64,000 nucleotides of DNA. It comes from Octopus vulgaris. Taxonomy: Eukaryota. Below are positions 53,477 to 64,000 of the stretch, in pieces (within the stretch, counting starts at the first letter, position 1; each line of letters starts with the position of its first letter). Location of the stretch: positions 4,340,001 through 4,404,000 of the forward strand of contig OX597831.1 in NCBI GenBank assembly GCA_951406725.2, read 5' to 3'. The notes under the pieces were generated by a model. The model had not been told where the DNA came from, searched no databases, and saw only the letters and a list, made by a program, of their open reading frames with translations. Both the position numbers and the translations under genes were made by a program.

Positions 53477-53678
53477 GTAACCACATTTGGACTGCTGGCG
53501 ATTTTTTTCCTCCGTCTTCTTTTTATCTTGGACTTTCCTCTGTCTCTTGTTTCTGAAGAAGAGCTTTGCTCAAAACATAAAACACCCTTTCCTTTTCTGA
53601 GCGTCTTATTAATACTTTGCGTGTACCACGTCCTTGCATTGTTGTTTTTTCTTGACCTTCTTTCTCCGTTTTCTTGAT

Positions 53679-53685
<7 letters not shown>
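53477..53685 (+). mobile_element. ~200-bp hammerhead-motif element, decayed
   Basis: TGTTT-CTGAAGA-A-GAGC-TTT-GCTC-AAAACATA-AAACA (53548-53584); two CpG-to-CpA changes relative to GCTCGAAACGTA. Confidence 0.68.
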
Positions 53686-53736
<51 letters not shown>

Positions 53737-53791
53737 CTCTCTCTCTATATATATATATGTATGTATATGTAGATATACATATACATACATA

Positions 53792-53835
<44 letters not shown>

Positions 53836-54399
53836 GAGCAAACCGCCCCCCACCGTCGAATGGACGGTGCTGAGTTGTCAAACATTTAAACCAAATTTTC
53901 TTAAAACAAATTGTCCGACCATCCCATAGGCCTCCCCCTTGAGAAACACTGATTTAACCTAAATTTCAGACACCAGCCAAAGAAGAAATAAAGATAGACT
54001 TTTTTCTATTCCAAAGAAAAACGATTTTATTCACACAAATATGCAACCGAAGAGTTTAAAGTACTAGTAATAATAAGGCTGTTGACTGGGAGAATGCAAA
54101 CCTGGTTTAAACAGTAAGATTGGCAGGAAAGAAACGTGCCTTTAAGCAGTACAAAAACAAAAAAAAAATGGAAGGTGCAGTTATGTACAGGTTGACGGTA
54201 GAAAGGCAGGACAAAAATAGCTTTATCGATCGCATTCTCACCTGGAATCGATTTTTGTAATTTTTTCAAGACTTATACACGCCCTGATACCGTCGGTATC
54301 GACATATCAAATTCGAGCGCCATGGGATGGAGGATGCCCGAGATCCGAGAAGACACACAGATACAGAGAGACAGACAGAAGGGATTTTATATGAGATGT

Positions 54400-54610
54400 A
54401 TCTTTTATACGTTTCAGTCAATTGACTGCAGTCATACTGGAGCACCGCCTTATAGGGTATTTAATCGAAGAAATCGACCCCAGGACTTATTCTTTGCAAG
54501 CCTGTTCCTTATTCTATCGGTTTCTTTTGCCAAATTACTAAGTTACGGGGAGATAAACTCATCAACATCAGTTGTTAAGTGATGGTGGGAGGACACAATA
54601 AAACACAAAG
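54400..54610 (-). mobile_element. SINE family A, 3' half
   Basis: TTTCAGTCA.TTGACTGC, GGAGCACCGCC, CTTATTCTATCGG. Confidence 0.8.
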
Positions 54611-54706
54611 ATACTCTCACACACATAAATATATACACATACATACATACATACATACATACATACATACATACATACATACATACATACATACACACAT
54701 ACACTT

Positions 54707-54896
54707 GCCATGATAGATCGGTAGCCACTACACACGTTTTTTCTCTCTCCTTGTTTCTCTCTTTGTTTTTTCTGTGTCCCTTTCCGTAGAAGAGCGTAGG
54801 CTCGAAACATAAAAGACCTTTTCAATTTCTGAGCAATATACTAATACATCTGTTTGTTTTCTAAACCACCTGTCTTTATCTTCTGTTTTTTTTCGT

Positions 54897-54969
<73 letters not shown>

Positions 54970-55157
54970 GCCATGATAGATCGGTAGCCACTACACACAT
55001 CTTTTTTCTCTCCTTGTTTTTTCTGTGTCCCTTTCTGTAGAAGAGCGTAGGCTCGAAACGTAAAAGACTTTTTCTATTCCTGAGCGTTATACTAATACGT
55101 CTGTTTGTTTTGTACACCACCTGTCTTCGTCTTTTGTTTTTTTCGTGAATTCTCCCT
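54707..55157 (+). mobile_element. Tandem dimer of a ~190-bp hammerhead-motif element separated by (CT)n(TA)n
   Basis: GCCATGATAGATCGGTAGCCACTACACAC starts at ~54707 and ~54970; motifs CCGTAGA-A-GAGC-GTAG-GCTC-GAAACATA (54784-54811) and CTGTAGA-A-GAGC-GTAG-GCTC-GAAACGTA (55035-55062). Confidence 0.8.
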
Positions 55158-55819
55158 ACATACATACATACAGGATTCAGAGGGAATCAGGTACTTGAAA
55201 AGATATGCACCAGGTAGGGTTGTATAAACCTGCGGTTCCGGCCTATTGTTGGTAAGATATTCCGGTTGTGTACTCGGAGAAAACCAACCCTATGAGTATT
55301 TAGAGCCTAGGGGCTGATCCAAAGCACGCGTTGAATTGCACGTTGTAGCGATACTCTATGGTGTCCGACAATTATCCATCGCCTGTTATCATTCATTTGA
55401 TAATATATAGGAGTGGTTGTGTGGTAAGTAGCTTGCTTACCAACCACATGGCTCCGGGTACTGAACATTGTGTTTGTTTATTTAATAAACAAACAAAATG
55501 TAAAAAAAAAAGAAAAGAAAAATAAGCACAAACACGATGTTTATGAACTGAATATGCACCCAGTTTTACTATGCCCTATAACTACCCGATCGATACCCGC
55601 CTATAACTGTCTTACCATGAATCGAACCCTTTCAAAATTCCTCACCCACCAGAGCCCGCCCACTCGAACCCGAATCTGTCATGTGTGACAGAGAAATTAT
55701 GTTGTGGGTCGATGTTAGATTTTAACTTTTATTCTTCCCAAAGGGACACGCCTATAACTCTGCCTTTGATCTCTCTCTCTCGCTCTCTCTCTCTTTCACT
55801 CAGACTCTCTCAGACTTTC

Positions 55820-55989
55820 TATCTTTCTTTCTTTCTTTCTTTCTAATTTACTCTCTGTCTTTCTTGCTTTTTTCTTTCTCTCCTTTCTTTCTTTCTATCT
55901 TTTTCTCTTTCTTTCTCTCTTTCCCTCTTTCTTTCCTTCCTTCCTTCCGTCCTTCCTTCCTACTTTCTTTCTTTCCTTCCTTCCTTCCT

Positions 55990-56021
<32 letters not shown>

Positions 56022-56041
56022 TTTTTCTGTCTTTCTGTCTG

Positions 56042-56084
<43 letters not shown>

Positions 56085-56125
56085 CTCTCTCTCTCTTTCT
56101 TTCTCTCTTTCTTTCTCTCTTTCTC

Positions 56126-56221
<96 letters not shown>

Positions 56222-56222
56222 T
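55820..56222. repeat. (CTTT)n/(CTTC)n polypyrimidine array
   Basis: Tetranucleotide arrays. Confidence 0.93.
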
Positions 56223-56727
56223 GTAAAAAAAAAGCCCCAAAACACTGGACGAGTTGAAACTTATAGGCATTTTGGGTACCTCGTAAGGGTAGATGATTTT
56301 TCAAAAATTCTTGATGAATATAAAGAGGAAGAAATAGAAAATAAACGTCGATGGATAGCATGATGGAGACGGGGACGGGGGGGGGGGGAGGGTGTGACTG
56401 AAAATGTAACGATTAATGAGAGAAGTTGAAGACAGAAGTGGGTGGAGAAGGATTACTGGAGGACACGAGAAACTTCTCGGCACGTTTTTTTGCCCAAGGC
56501 CGTTTCACTATCCTCATTCGAAGTAAATAAGAAATTCTTGTCCAAGCGTTATTATACTGAAACAAGAATAAATCGGATTTTTTAAATCATGTTTTTTAGA
56601 TGTAAAGCAAATTTACAAATTCGATTGTGAAATATATTTTTCTATTATATAGACAAATATATACTGTGGATATATTGACAGAAAATTACATATTAAAAAA
56701 AATGAATAAAAAGAACCTGAAAAAAAA

Positions 56728-56896
56728 GGCGCAGGCGTGGCTGTATGGTAAGAAGCTTGCTTCCAAACCACATGGTTCCGGGTTCAGTCCCACTGCGTGC
56801 CAGCTTGGCCAAATGTCTTCTATTATAGCCTTGGGCCGACCAAAGCCTTGTGATTGGATTTGGTAGATGGAAACTGAAAGAAGCCCGTCGTATATA

Positions 56897-56980
<84 letters not shown>

Positions 56981-57165
56981 TGTGTGTATATGTTTGTGTG
57001 TCTGTGTTTCTTCCCCACCATCTAACTTAGCGGTTCGGCAAAGAGAGACCGATAGAATAAGTACTAGGCTTACAAAGAATAAGACCAGAGGTCGATTTGT
57101 TCCACTAAAGGCGGTGCTCCAGCATGGCCGCAGTAAAAATGACTGAAACAAATAAAAGAATAAAA
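56728..57165 (+). mobile_element. SINE family A
   Basis: Head to tail, with a short deletion after the internal (TG)n. Confidence 0.9.
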
Positions 57166-57191
57166 CAGGTTGAAAATCCATCAAATACCTA

Positions 57192-57491
57192 TCTTTATAT
57201 ATATAAAAGTGAAGTTGTGTGTCTGTCTCCTACGATTTAGATTCCTAACTACTCCCACATTTTGCGGTGCAGTTTAACCAAAAGCGGGTATCTTATAGTC
57301 GTGATTCATATCGAGCCCTTCTGGGTATTAGCGCGCGTCTACGATGAGTCTACAATTTTAAAAAAAATTACCATCATTTTTTCCCATTTTTAGTGCATTT
57401 TTTTGCTATTATATAAGGGAAGTAACTCTCTAAAAATGCTTATATAGTTATTTCCCTTACAAACCCGAACAACGCCGGGCGATACTGCCAG
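57192..57491 (+). mobile_element. Non-autonomous Helitron, shorter relative of 47565-48077
   Basis: A|TCTTTATATATATAAAAG...CCCGAACAACGCCGGGCGATACTGCCAG|T. Confidence 0.85.
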
Positions 57492-57734
57492 TACCAAATA
57501 AATTTTATCACCAAACATTTTTTGTCTGTACAACACTTGGAATTCCCTGTCCCCATCCGGCGCTTGTTGATAACCGACCCTCCAATTTAAATTTCAATGT
57601 GTGAAAATCTGAATTAAGTTCTCGCTTTCTTTTCTTTAGCGTGGATAAAGATGAAGCTTTACATAAGGACTTAAGATGAAAAACAGCAACTTTTGAAATT
57701 TTGCTGAATATTCCCTTCCTCCACCGAAAACGTT

Positions 57735-57948
57735 CCATCCATCCATCCATCCATCCATCCATCCATCCATCCACCCATCCACCCATCTACCCATCCACCC
57801 ATCCATCCATCCATCCATCCACTCATCCATCCATCCATCCATCCATCCACCCATACACCCATCCATCCATCTACCCATCCACCCACCCACCCATCCATCC
57901 ATCCATCCACCCATCCATCCATCCATCCATCCATCCACCCATCCACCA
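57735..57948. repeat. (ATCC)n microsatellite
   Basis: Degenerate ATCC array. Confidence 0.93.
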
Positions 57949-58013
57949 CATACATACATACATACTCTGTTGATGTTGAAATTCCAATGAAAGAGCCTTG
58001 GACAAGTTCTCTC

Positions 58014-58064
58014 TCTATTGATAAGAATTCCGGAAATAAAGCTGAATGATCACACACACACACG

Positions 58065-58148
<84 letters not shown>

Positions 58149-58485
58149 TGATACAGTTACATGGCTCTCAAATCTTACACTTTCCGCAATCGCCCAATGA
58201 AACCGGTTAAGTTGTATTTATATTTAATAGAAATAAATTGTCTTAAACATTTTCTGTGCATTTCAACTATTTTGTCTATCTATCTCTATATATATCATAA
58301 TAACCAAGTTTTACACGTAGTAGTACAAAGGAAATAATAGTACAAAATAGGTGAAATGCACAGAAAATGTTTAAGACAATTTATTTCTATTAAATGTAAA
58401 TACAACTTAACCGGTTTCATATTTGGGCGATTGCGGAAAGTGTAAGATTTGAGAGCCATGTAACTGTATCGTGCGTGTTTGTGTT

Positions 58486-58537
<52 letters not shown>

Positions 58538-58587
58538 AATGTGTGTGTGTGATTATTCAGCTTTATTTCCGGAATTCTTATCAATAG
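58014..58587. repeat. Large fold-back inverted duplication (~250-265 bp arms, ~57 bp spacer)
   Basis: 58014-58279 matches the reverse complement of 58337-58587, including a (CA)n/(TG)n tract in each arm. Confidence 0.93.
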
Positions 58588-58904
58588 AAAATTCTTATTA
58601 ATATTATTCCAATAATAATATTGTATACGATTTGAGATGTTTGCTTTGCCTTAACGTTTGTTGTTCTCTTTAACAATTATATATCTGCTGCATCGGAAAT
58701 CTGCAATGGTTCCATAACTACCGTTTCGGCTACAACCTTGGAGCCTTAGTAATCTGTTACAGCACTTACCTAGCGTACCTAATCGTTTAGATCACCTATG
58801 AACTAAACCCCCAAACTTTGTATGTATGTATGTATGTATGTATGTATGTATGTATGTATGTATGTATGTATGTATGTATGTATGTATGTATGCATGGATG
58901 GGTG

Positions 58905-58970
<66 letters not shown>

Positions 58971-58977
58971 TGTGTCT

Positions 58978-59277
58978 GTGGAGGCGCAATGGCCTAGTGG
59001 TTAGGGCAGCGGACTCGCGGTCGTAGGATCGCGGTTTCGATTCCCAGACCGGGCGTTGTGAGTGTTTATTGAGCAAAAATATCTAAAAGCTCCACGAGGC
59101 TCCGGCAGGGGATGGTGATCTCTGCTGTACTCTTTCACCACTCTTTCTCCCACTCTTTCTTCTGTTGGCTTGCTCGCTTAGCCAGCGGGGTGGCGTCATT
59201 CGAAGGCTAAAACAATGCGAACGCATTGTGACCAGCGATGTGTAACTACATCTGATGGACTGGTCGGTCACGTGATG
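58978..59277 (+). mobile_element. SINE family C, tail variant 2, full length
   Basis: TGGCCTAGTGG A box, GGTTTCGATTCC B box, tail CTGGTCGGTCACGTGAT. Confidence 0.88.
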
Positions 59278-59565
59278 GTGATGGTGATATATATATATAT
59301 ATATACAAATGAATTGTGTATGTGTTTATGTATATATATATATGTATGCATTTATGTATTATAAGTGTCTGTACCTGACAGAGGAATTACACACAATAGA
59401 AAGTTGGAATGAAGGCATGTGTCTTAACACCTGCTGCAAGAGGCACCCATAGCTGACACACACACACATATTATCTCAAATCGTATACAATATTATTATT
59501 ATTGGAATAATATTGTATATGATTTGAAATGTTTGCCATGCCTTAATGTTTGTTGTCTTCTTTAA

Positions 59566-59645
<80 letters not shown>

Positions 59646-60498
59646 AATATATATATATATATTTTATATATAGTATGTACATATATGTATATATATGTAC
59701 CTATGTATGTATGTATGCATGTATGTATGTATGTATGTATGTATGTATGTATGTATACTATAGGTAACATGTAACGGAGCAAAACCTGTTGCACGGCCAG
59801 GTCGTCGACGACTACACAACGCTGAGAAGCCTGCTTATGAGGCAGGGTGGTTTTCGTCGGGCATGCTGTAGGATGGAAAACAACGCCCGTTAAAGGGCGG
59901 ATGAACACAATAGGATCAACGGCCGTGCAACAGTTCGGAGTGAGAGATTCCTAATCTTTGTTCGAATATCTCTCGAGAAGAAGAAAAATATTTTGTAACA
60001 CCTGTGACTTTGTTTGCATCCGAAGCCTTCATTAGAGACAATACAAAGGTTGTTTTGAAGGGTGTGTACAGACATTGCTTGAATTTTAAAATCTTTATTA
60101 CGTGCTAATTATGATGGTTGACCGTAGCAGTGAAAGGAGAAACACGCCATGAACAATTCCTTGATGGAATGAAGGCATGTGTCAGCGTGGGTTTTAAGCT
60201 CACTTAACACCTGTTGCAAGAGGCACTCATCATTGAGACATCTGCTTTAAAAAGGCGTTGGTCCATCGACACGCACGCGCACACATTCACACGTATAAAT
60301 GAATACACACCAATGTTTGTGCCTGTATGTATATAAATCTCTCTCACTCACTCACTCTCTCTCTCTTTCTCCCTCTCTCTCTCTCTCTCTCTCTATATAC
60401 ACACATATATATATATATATATATAAATGTACATACGTACATAGACATATGCACTATGAAACTAGTTTAATAAGTACTCTTTCATCAAAGTCAATATT

Positions 60499-60911
60499 CT
60501 TTTTTGTTCTACACTAGGCACAATGCCGGACATTTTTTTTGGGAGGGGCCAGTCGATTATATCGATCCCAGTACGCAACTGGTACTTAATTTATCGACCC
60601 CGAAAGGATGAAAGGCAAAGTCGACCTCGGCGGAATTTGAACTCAGAACTTAAAGACGGACGACATACCTATTTCTTTACTACCCACAAGGAGCTAAACA
60701 CAGAGAGGACAAACAAGGACAGACAAACGGATTAAGTCGATTATATCGACCTCAGTGCATAACTGGTACTTATTTAATCGACCCCGAAAGAACCCCGAAA
60801 GGATGACAGGGAAAGTAGATCTTGGCGGAATTTGAACTCAGAACATAGAGGCAGACGAAATACCGCTAAGCATTTCGCCCGGCGTGCTAACGTTTCTGCC
60901 AGCTTGCTGCC
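60499..60911 (-). mobile_element. Dimeric SINE family B with 18-bp TSD
   Basis: Same junction as 21625-22022; TTCATCAAAGTC(A/G)ATATT at 60481-60498 and 60912-60929. Confidence 0.9.
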
Positions 60912-61107
60912 TTCATCAAAGTCGATATTAAAAGCGGGATGTGTGCTGCATCGTATAGCGTTTAACTGAAAAGTTTTTCTCCTGCCATTTTTATTTAGAC
61001 AAAAATAAACAGTAAATTTATAATAATAATAATAATAATAATCATAATAATAATAATAATAATAGTAATAATAATAATAATGATTTTATATATATATATA
61101 TATATAT

Positions 61108-61242
61108 TGCGGTTCGGCAAAACAGACCGATAGAATAAGTACCAGGCTTGCAAAGAATAAATCCCGGGGTCGATTTGCTCGACTAAAGGCGGTGCTCCAG
61201 CATGGCTGCAGGCAAATGACTGAAATAAGTAAAAGAATAAAA
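61108..61242 (+). mobile_element. SINE family A, 3' fragment
   Basis: GCGGTTCGGCAAAA through AAGTAAAAGAATAAAAG. Confidence 0.88.
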
Positions 61243-61244
61243 GC

Positions 61245-61291
<47 letters not shown>

Positions 61292-61415
61292 CATATATAT
61301 ACATATACACACGCACACACATATGAAAGAGAGAAATACGTATGTATGTGTTTACCTATTATATAACTGTATACATGTGTATGTATGTGTATGTGTGTGT
61401 ATATATATATGTATA

Positions 61416-61813
61416 TCTTTTCTCTTTTACTCCCTCTTTTACTTGTTTCAGTCATTTGACTGCGGCCATGCTGGAGCACCGCCTTTAGTCGAGCAAATCG
61501 ACTCAGGGACTTATTCTTTGTAAGCCCAGTACTTATCCTATCGGTCTCTTTTGCCGAACCGATAAGTGACGGGGACGTAAACACACCAGCATCTGTTGTC
61601 AAACAATGCTAGGGGGACAAACAGACACACAAACACACACATAAATATACATATATACGACGGGCTTCTTTCAGTTTCCGTCTACCAAATCCACTCACAA
61701 GGCTTTGGTTGGCCCGAGGCTATAGTAGAAGACACTTGCCCAAGATGCCACGCCGTGGGACTGAACCCGGAGCCATGTTGTTGGTAAGCAAGCTACTTAC
61801 CACACAGTCACTC
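61416..61813 (-). mobile_element. SINE family A, near full length
   Basis: All blocks present on minus strand. Confidence 0.9.
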
Positions 61814-61816
61814 CAA

Positions 61817-62082
61817 AGTACGTGGCTTAGTGTTTAGAATATTCGTCTCCCGATCGTTATGTTGTGAGTTCAATTCTTGGCAGCTCATTGTGTCCTTGAG
61901 CAAGACACTTTATTTCACGTTGCTCCAGTCCACTCAGCTGTCAGAAAATGAGTAGTATCTCTGTGTCACGCTGAACCTCCCGGCGGAGAACGTTGAGGGT
62001 ACACGTGTCTGTGGAGTGTTCAGCCACTGTTCCGTTGATCGGATCACCTGGAACCCTCGTCGTCGTAACCGACGGAGTACCA
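61817..62082 (+). mobile_element. SINE family D, tRNA-headed CORE-type SINE
   Basis: TGGCTTAGTG (A box), GAGTTCAATTC (B box), TGTGTCCTTGAGCAAGACACTTTATTTCACGTTGCTCCAGTCCACTCAGCTG (CORE-like). Confidence 0.75.
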
Positions 62083-62149
62083 ATTACATGTGTGTATGTA
62101 TGTATGCTTATATGAATGTGTGTGAATGTAAGCGTTTATAGATCTTCTA

Positions 62150-62375
62150 TCATTTGTTTTTTTATTTGTTTCAGTTATTAGACTGGGGCCATGCTGGAGT
62201 ACCACCTTTATGCATTTGTTTTAGTCGAATAAAGCGACCCCTGTACTTTTTCTGTTGAACCTGGTACTTATTCTATCGGTGTCTTATACTGAACCGCTAG
62301 GCTACGGCGACGTACACACACCAACAACGGTTGTCAAGCAGTGATGGCGGAGGACAACTTCAAACACAAAGATAC

Positions 62376-62470
<95 letters not shown>

Positions 62471-62645
62471 AGCATATAGACATATACACGACGGTCTTCT
62501 TTCAGTTTCCGTCCACCAAATCCACAAAGAATGCCTTAGTCAGCCGGAAGCTACAGAAACAGACACTTGCCCTAGGTGCTACGCAGTGGGACCGAACCCG
62601 GAACGATGTGGTTTGGAAGCAAACTTCTTACCACACAGCCACACG
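62150..62645 (-). mobile_element. SINE family A, diverged, with internal (TATC)n
   Basis: Tail and head blocks separated by a TATC array at 62377-62470. Confidence 0.8.
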
Positions 62646-63665
<1,020 letters not shown>

Positions 63666-63889
63666 CACGCGCAAACACTCACATATATGAGCACATGCGG
63701 GTGTATGTCTGTGTGTGTTCATGTGTATTCATGTGTCTGAGTATTCCTGATCCGTTCCGATAAGTTGGAACCGACTGTAAGTAATGCAATCAATTAGACA
63801 TTTTGCTGAGCTAAAGGAAGTTGTTGTTGTCATTGCTGTTGTTGTTATTGTTTCGTTTAGCCCTAGGTTAGTCACTACAATATGTGTGC

Positions 63890-63954
<65 letters not shown>

Positions 63955-63956
<2 letters not shown>

Positions 63957-64000
63957 CGCAGGAGTGGCTGTGTGGTAAGTAGCTTGCTAACGAACCACAT
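63955..64000 (+). mobile_element. SINE family A head, cut by the window end
   Basis: GGCGCAGGAGTGGCTGTGTGGTAAGTAGCTTGCTAAC. Confidence 0.88.

Larger units (their letters stand above)
52766..53951. mobile_element. Probable hAT (Charlie-like) non-autonomous element carrying nested insertions
   Basis: Ends CAGTGGTTCTCAA (52766) / TTGAGAAACACTG (53939-53951); weak 8-bp flank match (TATTAATC / ATTTAACC); related internal fragment at ~24540-24622. Confidence 0.5.

Overview
Eukaryotic, AT-rich, non-coding DNA that is extremely dense in microsatellites. The repeat families look like those I recall from Octopus (coleoid cephalopod) genomes; this is an inference and no database was searched. I recognise no host protein-coding exon, rRNA, true tRNA or CRISPR array, and essentially all ORFs in the supplied track are translations of simple repeats or SINE fragments. 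The window is a transposon landscape. It holds about 40 copies or fragments of four tRNA-headed SINE families, two decayed Penelope-like (RT + GIY-YIG) retroelements, and CR1, RTE and mariner coding fossils. It also holds three non-autonomous Helitrons, a Helentron-type (DINE-1-like) element, a Tc1/mariner MITE and a nested hAT-like element. The most interesting signal is about 12 hammerhead-ribozyme (HHR) motifs in short elements, many beside (TA)n tracts. Two have fully canonical cores (27585-27655 minus; 43673-43709 plus), and one family has a consistent non-canonical A6U core and includes a tandem dimer. These occur alongside repeated fold-back inverted duplications, which suggests a Penelope-driven, retrozyme-like non-autonomous system. 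Other notable points are a SINE flanked by a ~217-bp direct duplication, a dimeric SINE mobilised as one unit, SINE tail swapping, and a multibranch structured-RNA candidate at 59786-59933. Coordinates were read by eye, so ends of decayed elements are approximate.
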